Below, piece by piece: positions 1 to 15,010 of a DNA stretch of 64,000 nt (position 1 is its first letter; each line of letters begins with the position of its first letter). A program made the translations under genes and the position numbers. The DNA is from Azolla caroliniana (lineage: Eukaryota; Plantae; Polypodiophyta): assembly GCA_043228905.1 (NCBI GenBank), contig JBHGNT010000009.1, forward strand, positions 21,514,001 to 21,578,000, given 5' to 3'. Below the pieces are notes generated by a model. It was given only the letters and a program-made list of their open reading frames with translations, did no database searches and was not told the origin of the DNA.

Positions 1-2091
1 CACGTGCACGAGTGTGTGTGTGTAAACATGGTCTATGGTTTAAATGATTTTCAAGGTCCATATTCACATAATTATTGCAAATTTATATCTCATTAAACTT
101 GATCTCTAATTATTGACGTAAGAGCATCGACTTCGTTATCAGCCACCCTATCATATGCATATGACCTATCATTTTATAGCCCTCTCACTAAGGCCTTTTC
201 AAATTTGGGTGTGCAGTGCCAAAAGTTATGACCTTTTCTCCAAAAAAGCCCAAACCCAAAAGTACACGGTGTTTGGTAGGCATACTATTCTACTAAAGGA
301 CCGTCATAATCTCCATGTTATTGTTACAAAATCATTTTTTGTGTTATGTACCATATTTCATTAACACAAACTTTATTTATCGAGTCAAGTGCAACAACTT
401 GGTTGTTGATATCAACTATCAATTTAGAATCCTCTCAATAAGATCTCCAAATTTGGAGAATGGTGTGAAAGATAATGATCTTTTCAATAAAAGAAACTCC
501 AAAGGCTCTTCAATAGAAACCTCTTTCTTATTGGGTCAAACTTGAGTCCACAATTTTTGCAATCTATTTTTCTTGAAAAGATTGAAATCATAAATAATGC
601 GTCATGAGGATCAATGTTGCCATGTCACTACTTTGGCACGTTGGATATATGTTTTGATATTTCTAGTAGGATTTTTGATTCTATCATGTTGCAAATATCC
701 TTGTTATCCAATCATTACATATATTTGTATAAGATTTTACATGAAATTGCCCACAATCTTGTTGATATGTTAGAATTGTAGCCAATGGATTCGTTCAATG
801 CCACATTCGAAGCCGTTAGGAGAGAGAAATCAAGTGCAGAATGTATTGCCAGATCATGATAAGGTACAATATGTATGTATGCAATATTTTTTTTGAGATG
901 ATGCAATAACTCTTTTAGCATGTGTGGTTGATGTGAGATTGCATCTACATCCATGTAAATATGACAAGTCCTCTTGCTACATGTTGTACAATTTAGAACA
1001 TGACACGTCATTCTCGTTCGTAGAAATCTCAGATGAATGATAACTATAAAGCCTAAAATGTGGTGAACGTTCTACACATTGTTACTTTATATTTCTGCAT
1101 TATATGTAGTGCATCTTTATTGATGATTCTCTTTGGTTATTTGCAACTTTCAATTCTAATCGGTTGGTTGTAGACTAATGGCAAGGGATTTATATACATA
1201 TAGATCTTAATCTCCTATGTGGATTTTTCACAATATCCCCTCTTCTCCTAAGTATACAAATAACAACTTTCATAACTTGTTGCTTTAAGTACATTATTTT
1301 CCTCGTTAAAGTACTTTGTATATTAAACATGATAATATTTAAGGCTATTGCCCTTATCATGTAGTGAGGATCTTATGACAAGGTAAACTTTTTGACTTAC
1401 TAACCTTGTGGGGCATAAGGGTTCAAAAAGAGCACATACATTGACCTATATCATTTTCAAGGATATTTGTCAAAGATTAATATTCTTTTTGTTCAAGATT
1501 TGGGATTAGTTGAAAGAGGGGCGTGAATGTGATGAGATACATAGAGAACATACATGTGAGCTAATGAATGCAGATGATGTGTATGGAAAGTGGGGAGATC
1601 ACTAGTAAATAGATATAACCAGGTATAGATTGGTTAGAGACATGCAAAAGTGTAAGATAAATAAGAGATGTCACCCAAATGTAAGTAGACGTCTTGTGGC
1701 GAGCTTTTGTACAACCATCACAGGGTATATAGTAGCTGAGAATCATGGGATAATTTAGGCAAGGTCTACCCGATAAAGGGACTAAGTTGTGTACAAAAGG
1801 ACATATTTAACTAATGGAGTATATTCTTTTTTGGGAAAAAAATTTGTAATATTCTTATTTTCTTTATTGTTCTAAATCCACATATGTTTATCTTGCAACC
1901 TCTTAATATTGGGATTTATATTTTATTTGTTCAAGATTTGGGGTTTTACTCGAGACAAACTCTAATATTCTTATTTTCTTTATTGTTCTAAATCCATCCA
2001 TATTTATTTTGCAAGTGTTACTTGTCTATGCTTGCATGATTTTTTGTTCACCTCTCTATTGCTCCTAGTTCAAAAGCATGGTGGTTCTTAG

Positions 2092-2262
2092 TAGGAATCA
2101 ACAACCACTCAGCTCAAGCCTAAACTGAACTGGTAAATTGTTTTTAAACGGTTTAGCGGGTGGGAGGTTCGGTTTAGGCTTGAGCTTTGTTAAACAGTTT
2201 GAGCTCATTTTGGGATGGCTCAAGTCGAATCAAACATATATTGAGCCAAACTAGTTAAGGTT
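2092..2262 (-). mobile_element. Truncated copy of a hAT-type MITE (same family as 56688-56997)
   Basis: Starts TAGGAATCAACAA..CTCAGCTCAAGCCTAAAC, matching the reverse complement of the right end of the intact copy at 56688-56997. It ends abruptly against the Copia remnant. Confidence 0.7.
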
Positions 2263-3361
2263 TAAATAAAACTAGAGCATTTCTTATCCCGAGCTACAAC
2301 CAAGGAGCCCTCAGTGAGCTTCCATTGTCCCTCGTTAAAGATCTTGTAATAGTCATCATCAACTAGCCTACCAATGGAGATAAGATGTAATTGAATATCA
2401 AGTACATGCATTGCCACCTTTGATGGTTCATCATTTCTCATCTTCACAACTCCAAAATCATATGAAGTATATGAAATAAAAATTTCCCTTCTAGATGTAA
2501 CATGGAACGATGCCCCACTATCAACAACCTAATTAGTTTCATTGTAAGCAAGATTAATCAGGTCTTCATCATAAACAACGAGAAAATCATCTGAGAAAAT
2601 TGTATTAACATGATTAGAGTTATCATTATTACCCTTCTTTTTAATATGCTTACTACTAGATGTATGCCTCTCCTTTTTCGACTTGAAGCAATACCTTTTT
2701 ATATGTCCTATATTGCCACAGAAATGGCATTCTAACTTTGTTTTCAACTATCAAGACCTCTTGAGTGTGATGATGTCCCATGTGTCCTTCGTCGCAACTA
2801 ATCATTTATAACACTACTCTTCACATATTCCATAGTCACGGTTCCATTTAGGATTGCATTAGTTAGAGATACTCTAAAGTTTCCCATGAGTTGAGAAAAG
2901 TTTTAACAACCAAAGAGCAAGTATTTTATCATCCAAATTTATGCCTATACCAAAAAGTTTATCAAAACATCCTTGAAATTCATTCAAATAATTAGAGGTG
3001 GAATTACCTTCTTTATAACTTAAATGCATTATTTGTTTATGCAAAAACAACTTATTATTACTTGCCTTAGATGCATATAAAGTTTGTTCCATAAAGCTTT
3101 AACATCAGTTTCATTCACAATATGGTTTAAAATGTTATCTCCTAAACATTGTGGGATAAAGCCACATACTTCTTGGTTCTTGGAGTTTTACTATTAGGTT
3201 TCAACGCTACAAAAATAGGTAAGTGTACATTTTTAACGAAAAGTACATCTTTCACCTTACATTTCCATTTGGTGATAGTTTGTGCATGTGTCATTCAAAC
3301 AAACCATCGTAGAAAAAATCATCTCCATAAGAAAGTGCTAGAAACTTGCTTTGATACCATT
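2263..3361 (-). pseudogene. Degenerate Ty1/Copia gag-protease remnant with PBS
   Basis: Broken minus-strand frames give a UBN2-like gag (LYASKASNNKLFL...), a zinc knuckle CHFCGNIGHIKRYC, a protease motif (*VVDSGASFHVT, ~2497-2530) and LISIGRLVDD. A PBS-like TGGTATCAAAGC lies at ~3348-3359, with LTR-like sequence from 3362. Many stops and frameshifts. Confidence 0.85.
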
Positions 3362-4007
3362 TGATAGGAGTCACAATAGCACTTATTATGAAACAAAGAT
3401 TATGTTCTACAAGTTATTCCAGAAAAATAACAAAATAAACAATATTTTTATGCACAATACAACACAAAATCTTTAACATGGAAAACCCTCAAGGAGGGAT
3501 AAAAACTAGGGTACCAAGTTAAGAAACAATTCATTGCCAATGTTCTACTCTAAATATATTATGATACTATGTATAGAGGAAAATAAAATTTTCTATAATA
3601 GCTTAAACCCAACTAACAAGATACAAAAGACCACCAAAGACTCACAACACGTGTTTAGTGATGGAAGTGGTGATGTCCAAAAATGTCGGTGTTTAATCTA
3701 TGTACTCAAAAGCATTGATGGAGAGCCAAGAAGACGAGTATGAGCCCTCCAAAATTTTGTTCTACTCTAACAAAAATCTACTTGGTTTTTCGCCTTTTCT
3801 CAACTTTTAAAAAATGAGTATAGATATGTAAATACATTTAAATGTAAGAATTTTAACATTGTATTAAAAAAATGACATTTAGGTGTCGACGGTCCATTCA
3901 CACACCTAAATAGTGTGGCTAGAAATACTAATAGGGTAGCTACTGCAAGAATAAACTCCACATGGACAAAGAGACTTGTCAATGGAAGTATACTCCACAA
4001 AGGAGAC

Positions 4008-4178
4008 TGTCAGATATGTAGATCATGGAGGATATTGAGACCATGAAAAGGAGATCATGGAGTGAACTCATGGAATGATATACACATTTCATATTGTAAT
4101 CAGCTTTGAGCGAGTTTATGGGATTATGGCTCTCTCTGTAGTTTGCAAATGGCTAGTCCCTAAGTTTTAGCTCTTATT

Positions 4179-4228
<50 letters not shown>

Positions 4229-4393
4229 TGACCCTTTCATGTTTGGGTTTATAGTGTAACTTCCATCTCATAGGTAACTTTCATATGAAAGCTCTTTGAC
4301 TTGGCACATGAAAACCAATAAAATTTCAGTTTTCTCAAATTCGCTTCATATATCTTTTTCAAAGACTAAGGTTTCGATGAGACATTTCCAACA
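4008..4393 (+). mobile_element. Possible isolated LTR fragment
   Basis: TGT...AACA ends, a purine-rich run just before it and an internal (CT)n tract, as in the other LTRs here. No TSD or partner LTR found. Confidence 0.3.
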
Positions 4394-7300
4394 GACTCTA
4401 GTAGATGGAAAGACAATACTAATCATTTTCAAATAGTTCGACTAGCATCAACCATTCACGTTCTTTGTCCATGGTTTCTCATTTCTTTTGGTAGATACTT
4501 TCCATATATTAAATACCATCTTTTTTTCTTTTGTTTTCCAAAAGAAAAACTGCTTGCATTAGTTATAAAAGTTTCTAGTCGTGAATCGGGTGGGTTGTTA
4601 TATACATACCACAGAAGGGGCTCGATAGTTCCATCTTTTGTGGAGGCCCATTGATTCAAGAAAGGGAGAGAACAACCATTACTAGATGAAGAGTAGGTGT
4701 TACCTTTCGGCTCCGCCTGTGATGCCATCGTATTCACTCTTTAGCATGTCTACAACTTCACTCCATATCTCCTGCAATAGTGTTGCCTAGTGAACTATTT
4801 GATTGGAGAAGACCCACTTGCTTCCAAATGGTTCATAGTGTTATTGGGCTGATCAATTCCATCACGGTTTGATCTTTGGTATTGATATGGGTTGAGTGAA
4901 CATTATCTGTGGTGGAAAACGAAATCTCCTATGCCTTTAGTACCAACCTCATTCCCTCCTCATGATGTTTCTATCTAACAATTAGGGCTAGCCAAGATAA
5001 CCAACGTACATTTCCCCACTTGATTGAGTCTTGCACCTTGCATAATTGCAGTATTCATCTTTGGGAAACCAAGGGAGCATGCTCAATAAATTAGCATATT
5101 GATCTATACTGGCAAGGGTACCAAAATTTAATCATTACATATATACCAACCCTAATGGATGTTGTTAGGAGATGCCTTGATCTTGCCCTTGGGTGGCTAG
5201 AGACAACCATCGCAAGTTGGTTAAAGGAAAAAAGTATTGTCGTTCTAGAGTTTGAGTGATTCAGAAAATTATCACACTGGTTCATCATAACACTAGTGAA
5301 GAATGCATTGGCCTTTTATCTATGGTTTCTTGTCTAGGTATATGAATAAACTAGCCTTGAAAATTGATGTCACTTAAGCACACTATTGCAAGCATAAATT
5401 GAGGTCGATAATGAACCTGACATTGTGCACATGTTCTTTGTGGTGACATAGAATGCAATTCATTGGTTTGATAACATGAAATTCAAGAGATTATATTGGA
5501 ATTCAAAATGATTAGATAAATGTTGATGGATAATATCATCACTTTATCTTCAGATAAACAACATCGATGATCTCTCAAAGCATTTGTTGTTGAGAGGTAA
5601 CAACATGGCCATATTTGTTGATTTCTGCTTATTTTGTTGATATATTCATATATTAATTGTGATGCACTATGGTTGTATTTGCAATGATAATGTCTATTGT
5701 CATGATAAGATACTCGGGTATGAAATATATAAAGTGGGTGTAGAATCTTAAGTTTTGAGAACCATTCAACATAATTAATCTCACCATAGTAGTTTTGCTT
5801 GGTTGCCTAATGTCTATCTCTACATTACTCAATTGTTTGTGGTCGTAATGAAGACGTTTTACATTGGCAACCAAATGCAATATTGCTTACATTACTTTTT
5901 TGCATGAATTGCAAGGGGAGAATGCTAAATGGCCTCTTGCGATTTCTTGTATGATCCCAAATGTCCTCAAGTTTTCATTATTTCCTCAAACGCCCTTGGT
6001 TATCCTTTGAAGAGCAATTACTTGCTTTGTTCATTCATCTTTTCGCATGTATGTGGGTGTTTGAGAAATTATGTAATCAATTCATCCTCCTTTCTCAACT
6101 TCTGAAGGTTGGTGATGGTTACCATGCATATGAGAAAATGAAGACAATGCAAAGTTTAAATGACATGCTGTAGGATCTTCTGAATTCTCACAACATGATA
6201 CAAATGCTTACAAATAGGCATGTAATGTTTGACCTTTGCATTCAATCTTCAATGAAGATAAATGGATCATGGTTCATAAATTGTCATTACATTTTTATGA
6301 AGATTTAATTGACACTCCTAATCAATTATAGTTTATTGGTGGCTATGTGATTCACTAATTTTGGTATGATTGACTAAATGTCATCCTCGTAAGATGTTTA
6401 CCATAAATATAGTTATGTTTAAATTGGGCTTTTGGAAAAACCAACTAGTTGTGAATAGGGTTTCAACTTTATTATTATCAATAACCTTATTTTGGTTGTT
6501 TGTCTTGACACGAGGTTAGTGGTGAAGAAATCTATATAGATGCAACGATAAGGAAGAGTCTTCGAAGTTCCTTTTCAAGCTTGCCAAAGGACCAGATAAT
6601 GTGAAATTTCTAAAATGTCATTTGGGTGATTTAGTTATTTTTCTTACTGTGAAATCAAAAGATAATGTCTTTTATGTTTTTTCTTATTTGAAGATTGATG
6701 TTAATGCTTTGTATCGTTGCCTTTTCTCGTCTAAGGTTAAATGTTTGCTACATTGCCTGGTTTCTTTCTTCTCATTTATCTTCTAGGTTGTAAAGGCTTC
6801 TATCATTTATTAATTTCTCTCTTCGTCTCCTCTCTTACTAATTGCTACGACACGTGCAAAACGATGTTCTACCTTTTTATTTTTTAAAACATAATTAGCA
6901 CATCACACCTAGTTTCGAGGCTTGCCGAATAACCCGTAAAAAGGAATAATAATGTACTTTGAGGTAGTAATTAATCTGAACCAAACACAAAATGTAAAAG
7001 AGTAAAAAGAATGATGATAGAAAAACCTTGGATTTATATATTGGATGTAGAATCTTTTAGATTTAAAGCTTTCTGACCGATGCTACAAGAAGTGCTTAAT
7101 CAACTACGTCCTATAGAGTATTCCTTTGTGGTAGTCAATTGGTGATTTTGTTTTATTGATTACCATCATTGATTTACATGGATTTGTTGTAACGATATTC
7201 TTGATATAATTATTCTTTGGTGAAAGGAGATCCATACATTGGTCAATCCTAATTGTCATATTAGAAGCTAGAGAGTTTGTTGGAAACTAAGTTGCAAAGT

Positions 7301-10169
7301 TGATTGAAGACTTGGGGAAAGTTGTGAGTTCGGGGATGGCCTTTGAACTTTGAGCTTTGGGATTTGGAAATTTGTTTGATTAGGACCGGCTAATTAGGTT
7401 GTCTCCCTTGACATGATGTTGAGTGAATCTACGTACATACTTGTAACACTAAAGAAGTCATGGTCTTGTTCCAATTCCATTTGTTTGATTTCCTTGAACG
7501 GTCCAATCAATACCCTCCCCTCCTTTTTGAGACTTGTCAAATGTCGATAAATTCGGGAGTAAACTTACCACTAAATAATTCAACTAGAAAAATGAGATAA
7601 TAGTCAAGCATAATAATTTGGTATGTAAGGAGCATTTGGCATATTTTTAAACTTAGGGGCATTTCCCATCAAGCATATCAAGGATGATCAGTTAATGTAT
7701 CATCCAATTGTTTAAGCCTACTTGGTTTACTCTTAGGTATATCTATGGTGTTCGGTTAAGAGGAAGCCCATCCATTCGTCAAATATTTGAGCTTCATAAT
7801 CATATTGTACAATAAAAGCTTTACCACATGAATAAAGTTATTCACGTGAATAAAGTTATTCATGGTTGCTTGTTGCATCACTTTTTAGACATTGTTTTGT
7901 CCTAGTTGATGGGATTAAATTCCACATTGATGTTCTAGCACATAAAGTAAATATCATGTGTAGGAAGAGCATCAACAACCAAAGATTCAAACTTTTCCTT
8001 GGGGTTGTTTTTTGGAGTTTGGATGTTTAGTTTTGATTTTTATTAATACCAAATATTATTTTGGTTGTCTAGCTTGATATGATGGTTAGTGGAGAACGAA
8101 TATGTGTAGATTTATGTAATAGTAAGGAAGACTCTTGTATATTTCTTTTTATTTGCTTGGCCTTGAAGCTCCAATTGTTTGCAATTGTCATCTTATCCCA
8201 CATATGTCCTTAATAAGATAAACATCTTATAAAAAGTTTAAATTACAAATATTTGTGATCATCATGTAGGGATGTTAAGGAATAATTGATGATGCATATT
8301 ATGATAGTTCATCTTAATAGCAATACTTATATATTATACAAACAATATTATCTACATCTCGTGGATACTCCAACAACGTTGAAGAAAATGCATGGATTGT
8401 CAAAGGTTTTTTTATTAGCTTTGTGAAAATTTTCCATTATGCATAAATCTATCAAAAGTTAGTGAATATTGCACGGTTTTTTCTTGCATGCATTAAGAGT
8501 TACAAAACAACAATGCCTCTTTCCTAGATGAGTTTGGGGTCATGAAGATAAGCAAGTTTTTCTCAAATGCCAAGGTGTTGTTTGACCAAAATCATTCAAA
8601 TATATGAATATATGAGGTGCAATAGTAGTTATAAATATTCCACTCAATAGTAACATTACTAAGTGGAGGTGGATAATAAAACATTGAAAAGCAAAGAAAC
8701 TAACCATGCTCACAATTGCAAGTCAACTATTTCATTGTTGTGTTCCAATCGGTTTTACTTTAGCACATCCTAGTAATATGTCGAATTTCAAACATATCTA
8801 TAAACACATATGATGTAATACATGGAGAACAGAGATTCTCATTACTTCATTGATACTTTAGTTTCAATATACAAATTGAGGATTTATATAACGACTTGCA
8901 TGATGCTTGACTCCAAATGAAATGCAACGATATTTTTTATTATATGCATATGGTGTGTTGATTGCTTTTGCGAAATCTTTGCAAATGATGTCCAACTCCA
9001 TCACGGGTGCAATATTCCTATCATTCTATTTATCTATATTAAAGAAAATATGCATGTGTCTAATGCGGCTTGCTAAGTGATATATACTTATTCTAAGTTG
9101 TTCTAGAGTGCAAATTTCCCTTGTGAAAGCAATTAACTATAAAACAAAATGAAACTCTAACCAAGAGAGTGATGGTAAAAGCCACTTATGAAAAGGGACA
9201 TTTTTGCCATTTGTGACTTTAATCATGATCATTTCCTACTTACATTTACACACGCAAATAACTTACGTTCACATGTCCATTAAATGTACATCAACAAATT
9301 GATGGTGAAAGCTACATTCGTACTTGTATATTGGCATCGCTAAGCAATCTTGTATTTACATGGACATGAGGGAGCCAATGATGAAACATGCATACACTAC
9401 AATTTAGCTATGCAATAGTAATGTGGAATGGATGGAGAAAACATGCATCTTTTTGGTAATCTTTCAAATTGGTATGGGGTGTTACGACATGGTGCTCTTG
9501 TAGTAACCAATATAGTTGACTCTTAAACAAGTTCATCAAAGGTGTTGTTACTTCCACAAGGAGTACAACTTGCAATCGAGGAGAAGAAGACGAGGATGAT
9601 GTGAAAATGCAATTTGTAACGAATGTAGTATGTATGTTGGGTGAATAAAACAAGAGCGAGAGAGGGAGAGTTCTCGAAAAGAAAGGTCGCTAACTATATG
9701 TATAGATGTAGATATAGAATGTGGGTAAAAAAACCAACCCACGTGATATAGATGGGTGGGGTACACACAGACACATGCACAACTCGAACTCATGACATGT
9801 CGACTTTATCTTTCATGTACCAAATGAGATTTTCTCTTATAAAGTGTTAGGGACGTTTTATCGTTTTGCTTTGTTTCTTCTACTTTCTTTTTTTTAAAGC
9901 CTTTTTTTCATCATGTTGAGCGTTGGGAGTGAAAAATACAAAAAGCATCAGTTTTTTGTTGTTGTTGTCAGAGTGATCTACCTCATACATACACATACAT
10001 AAAAAGAAAAAAGAGATAGGAATCTCCCTAGATTCCTTTTTTACCACCATTTGAGATCGAACCTCCACCACCCTTGTATCAACTATATAAAGACTCTACT
10101 TCTCTTAGTTCTCACTCTCACTCTCACTCTCACCCCTAGAATAACTTGAAGTCTATGTCTTGTGTGTGC

Positions 10170-10170
<1 letters not shown>

Positions 10171-10246
<76 letters not shown>
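10171..10246. repeat. (CT)n microsatellite, ~38 units
   Basis: Directly visible; the longest of many CT/GA tracts in the window. Confidence 0.95.
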
Positions 10247-10248
<2 letters not shown>

Positions 10249-10766
10249 CGACATGACATGGTCGTCGACCATCGGTTCTAGCATTATGTTTTGATGCCAA
10301 CTGTGAATCTCTCCATCACATTGTTGTGCGTGGTCTTTAAGTGTGCCATGGAATGTATGTATCTTTTTATCCCTCTCTCAATCAATCCCAATATGCGTTG
10401 AATCATTGTTTGCTTTTGATCGACATGGGTGTGCCTGGCTCCCTGTATGCCACATAAGTGGCTTGCCAAATGGACATTGGCTTGTTGCCTACATGGCATG
10501 CCAGGAGCCATGCACACCTTACATATATTGATTGGAAATCCTTGATCCTTTAATTATATATTATATTGAAAATTTCACTATTTAAGTACATATTGGAAAT
10601 GTACCATCCCATATGGTGACTTCGTCCACAACAACAAAGATGGAGGACGTTCATACACACTAACGCCACTCACCAATGTTCAAAGTTTGGCAACAACCAT
10701 AGCGTGATGACTTCTTAAACCCTTTCCAATTTGAATTGCTTTAAAATAAAGCTATTGTGTATCTAA

Positions 10767-10901
10767 TGTTACTAATTGTGATTCATATGAGATGTTGAGT
10801 ATCATCAATTGTTTCATGTTACTAATTGTGATTCATATGAGATGTTGAGTATCATAAATTGTTTCATGTTACTAATTGCGATTCATATGAGATGTTGAGT
10901 T
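10767..10901. repeat. 50-bp tandem repeat, ~2.7 copies
   Basis: Unit TGTTACTAATTGTGATTCATATGAGATGTTGAGTATCATCAATTGTTTCA repeated. Confidence 0.9.
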
Positions 10902-12987
10902 TCACTTGGATAATGCTTGTATTCAAGGTTTATAACTTTGTTACAAATTGTACTTATAATTTGAGTTTTTCCAAAGTGATATAAGATATTTTGTGTGATC
11001 ATTTACTGATTGTACAAACCACTAGATTGAGGGCATAAAAATATTCACTTGTTGATCAAGTGAATTTTTCATGATATTCTTGTCAACCTACTGCCTCAAG
11101 GATTGAACATGAGTTTGCACACATACACTCACATACCCACTTTATTGCGAAGTTTCATGTCCATTGTGAAAATCTTCAAAACATTAGACATACCCTTACC
11201 AGGTCACATCCATTAATTTTGGAATTTTGATTGATTTGATAATGCATGATTTCATATTATAACACGTATTCCTTATGGAGAATCTCCTTGTTTTTGTGCT
11301 TGTTACTATGGCCAAGATGTAAAATATTGAATTTTTAGAACAATTGTGGATATTATAAAGCATAAAAAAATTGGATCTTAATAGACACTTAACAATTCTT
11401 TCAGTACAAGTGCTTTGGGTATCTAGTTGAGTTTAAAGATATATGCTGTCATTGTCAACTGCTGCTTTCAGCCATTCCACATGATGTTGGATAAGCTTGA
11501 AATTCTAGAACCCATGAATGAGTTATCGAGAGTGTTGAAGTATTCCTTGGATAACCTCACCTCAATTTTCATTTGGCTTTTTGTGTCATTGGGTCGTGGA
11601 TTATCCATGACGTTTGGCAAAGAATCTCATTTGATAGTTCTATGTCTGTGTATTCACCTGAAATGCTGATCAAGTGACAATCAAGTTCTTGTCCATTGTT
11701 CAAGTACTGAACACATTCTTATTCACTGTTCAAGGGATGAGCAAATTCTTGTTGCCTGCTCTAAATTCTGTTATATGATATTCCCATTATACTCTAGTTC
11801 ACCTATACCAGCTGATATTTGTATTTGATGTTCATGTGTACTAAGGGAAAATTACATATGCAAAGAATGCATCATAATAATATTATACAGTATTTTACAA
11901 CATGAAGTGTTTTTGTGCGTGTATTGATGTGTTGTATACAGTAGCTTGGGGTCGATCTGCAAACAGACCATTGATATTTGATAATGAAGGTTCAGCTCTT
12001 TATGCAGCTTGAAGAACCATGAACTAGAATCACTGCAGATTCTGTTGTTTTGTATGAAAAAAAATGTAATCAACTCTGTGTAAATTGTATTTACTCCTAT
12101 TGAGTCGATAAATCTTCAATGGGATAAAGCTCTATCCATTTCAAATGATCATGATAATATGGCAGATCTAGTAAGTTATGGAGTGATAGGTGTAATGCTA
12201 TTCAGTCTGTTGGACAAATGGCTAATGACAGTGAAGATGTCATGACATATCTTAAGCCATGACATAAAACACATTATGTGACGACCCCTTGTCCCTGGAT
12301 ATTTGTTGAAATCAGTTGACAATGTTGAGGAAGGTTACAGCTATATGCTACGAATTTGGTAAAGGTCTCCGATACATTCAATGCTATCCCCATCGTCGCT
12401 CCAATAATCTCAAATAGCAGAAGGCTTCTCTCTAATCATCCTAGAGATTATGGATGCAAGCAGTCTCCTTGGCATTCATCCAATCATAAATTTATTATGA
12501 TCTTAACTAGGTCATATCATGTGCCGAAAAAAACTGCAGCTAACTGCATTTCTCTTTGAAACAGTAGATCTACTGTGTTGCATTCTACAGACCCTCCATA
12601 GACAAGATGGATCTATAAAATGTATGCAACTATACATATCCCATTGTCTTCTTGACCATATGTAAAAAAGGGTGTTATAGACCCATCGAGCTTTAGTGTA
12701 ACAATTTTTAACTATAAACCCATTTCTTTGGGTATAAGTATGTAGTTAGTTGATGTCTCAATATCTAATATCTCTTTACAAATCTATGGGGAGTATGCTA
12801 TAAGTACAATATCTCCGAGGAGTCAAGCTCTTCAGCCTCAATGTAATCAAATTGATCATATCAATATTACAATCTGCCAAGAATTGTCAATAAGAGCTTC
12901 ACAATCGTGAGTCGTGACATCCCTAACCATATATAAGATGCATAATTAGGTACCCTATCATCATGATCTTGTGCCTTGTCGAATGTG

Positions 12988-14583
12988 CTATGTATAAATA
13001 GCATACACGCTTTTGCTAGGTTGGAGGTGCTGTTGGACAAGCTCATTAAAACACCTTTTTCCTGCCTGAATCTCTTCATAAGTCTTGCAAGCACTCATAA
13101 AAGAAGTCCACATATCTTTAGAGGGGTGAGACGGCAATGCCTCAAGGAGTTTTCCTGCATCACACAAGCATCCTGACCTTGCAAGAAGATCAACCATACA
13201 CATAAAATGACCTCCATTGGGATTTACCCCATACTTATCACTCATCATTTGCATATACTCTCCACCTTCCATCACAAAACTATTTCTGCTACATGCAGTA
13301 AGAAGACACAAGAATGTAACTGAATCTGGACTTGTGCCCTTCATTTGCATCATCTCGAACATTTCCATAGCCCGTGTACATTGATTGTTACTTCCATATC
13401 CATTTATCATCGTATTCCATAAGACCACATTCTGTTTCGAGTTCTCAAAAACACCCCGTGCATCATTAAGACGGCCACATTTAGAGTACATGTCCACCAA
13501 GGCACTACTAATATGAACATTAGTCTCAAATCCTTTCTCCAGAAGTTTCATGTGCACTTCTTTACCTTTAGCTATAGCTCCAACACTACCACATGCTTTC
13601 AAAATACAAGCAAAGATAGTGGCATCGGGTACAATACCTTCAAGTTCTAATACTTCGAAACATATAAATGCTTCCTCGAATGGTCCATGCTCTCCATATC
13701 CTGAAATCAGAGCCGTCCATGAGATTTCATCTCGATAGTCCATCTTATCAAACACTCTTTGAGCTTCAGTGAGATAACCACATCTGGCATACATGCCCAC
13801 CAATATGTTCCCAATTATAGGGTTTTCTTCAAGCCCATCTTTTGTGATTTGTATATGATTCTCTTGGCCTTTGTCTATTGCATATACACTCCCACATGCT
13901 TTCACAATGCTAACATAAGTAACACAATCTGGATGTATACTATCCGACTTCATCTGTTCAAGGCATTCCATTACATCATGATAGGCACCATGATCGGCAT
14001 ATCCAGTGATTAGAGCATTCCATGAGACCAAATTTCTATGCATTAGTTTGCTATGGACATGCCTTGCCTCATTTAGAAATCCAAACTTTGAATACATATC
14101 TACCAAACCACTAACCACATAAACACACGTCTCATAACCCATACACATAACATCAACATGAATGTTCTGTCCTTTCTTGACCTGTTTCAAGCCGCCGCAA
14201 GCACTCACGGCAGCCAAGAGGGTATAACTACTGGGATGGGTTCTTTCTTTCCTCATTTGGTCATAAAGGCGAAGAGAAACATGGCATTTCTCAGTCTCAA
14301 CAAAGCCAAGCATGAGGGAAGTCCATGAGTAGACATTTTTGAGAGGAAGTTTTGCGAAGGCGGTCGAGGCGGGAAGCAAGCGGCCGCATTCCACAAATAG
14401 GGGAACAATGTAGTTTCCGACATCGCCATGGCCTTCAAGGCCAAGAGTGCATATGTGGGTGTGGAGATGGTGGGCAAGGGCAGAGTCCTTTGCCTCTCTA
14501 CACTTGTGCAAATGGCTGATTAGGTCTTCCACTGGTAGCAGGTGCAGGGGAGCATGAGCAGAGCTTGATCCCACATACTTCAT
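12988..14583 (-). CDS. PLS-class pentatricopeptide repeat protein (531 aa), ending in S2/E1 motifs, no DYW domain
   Basis: Intronless ORF with P-L-S triplets (NVYSWTSLM, LVDMYSKCG, VLWNTMINGY) and a terminal HFMCMVDLLARSG...WTSFMSACKTY. Confidence 0.93.
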   Translation of the reverse strand: MKYVGSSSAHAPLHLLPVEDLISHLHKCREAKDSALAHHLHTHICTLGLEGHGDVGNYIVPLFVECGRLLPASTAFAKLPLKNVYSWTSLMLGFVETEKCHVSLRLYDQMRKERTHPSSYTLLAAVSACGGLKQVKKGQNIHVDVMCMGYETCVYVVSGLVDMYSKFGFLNEARHVHSKLMHRNLVSWNALITGYADHGAYHDVMECLEQMKSDSIHPDCVTYVSIVKACGSVYAIDKGQENHIQITKDGLEENPIIGNILVGMYARCGYLTEAQRVFDKMDYRDEISWTALISGYGEHGPFEEAFICFEVLELEGIVPDATIFACILKACGSVGAIAKGKEVHMKLLEKGFETNVHISSALVDMYSKCGRLNDARGVFENSKQNVVLWNTMINGYGSNNQCTRAMEMFEMMQMKGTSPDSVTFLCLLTACSRNSFVMEGGEYMQMMSDKYGVNPNGGHFMCMVDLLARSGCLCDAGKLLEALPSHPSKDMWTSFMSACKTYEEIQAGKRCFNELVQQHLQPSKSVYAIYT

Positions 14584-14644
14584 GGCTTCCTAGATACCAC
14601 CAGCCATACCTTCTCTCTCTCTCTCTCTCTCTCCGCCTGCAGGA

Positions 14645-15010
14645 GGTCTTGTGTTCGACTCCTGAAAGGTGAAGGTGGCCACCATAATTGTATTTGGTTC
14701 CACCATGGGCCTAACAATAGGCAATGGTTCCGCGGCCTATCGGCTTATGAGTTCTAACGGTTCGGTTCGGGTTTCTTAAACGGTTCGGTTTCGGTTTGGG
14801 GGTTTATCGGTTCGGTTCGAGCGGTCTTGTGTTCGAGGGCTCCTGGAAGGTGGCCACCATAATTGTATTTGATTCCACCATGGCCCTAACAATTGGTAAT
14901 GGTTCCACGACTTATCGGCTTATGATTTCAAACGGTTCGGTTCGGTTTGTTTTAGGTTCAGGTTTCTTTAACGGTTCGGTTTCGGTTTGGGGTTTATTAG
15001 TTTGGTTCAA
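14645..15010. repeat. ~178-bp tandem duplication spanning PPR upstream DNA and a MITE left end
   Basis: GGTCTTGTGTTCGA...GGCCACCATAATTGTATTTG...AACGGTTCGGTTCGG starts at 14645 and again at 14823. Confidence 0.88.

Noticed and set aside
4450-9900. Possible highly decayed DNA-transposon coding remnants, with a diverged repeat at ~6480-6570 and ~8050-8140
   Set aside because: No convincing protein motif, TIR or TSD could be read by eye; BLASTX would be needed.
11400-12900. Splice-acceptor-like signals suggesting a plus-strand transcript converging on PPR1
   Set aside because: No coherent exon chain or coding frame; not supportable without RNA data.
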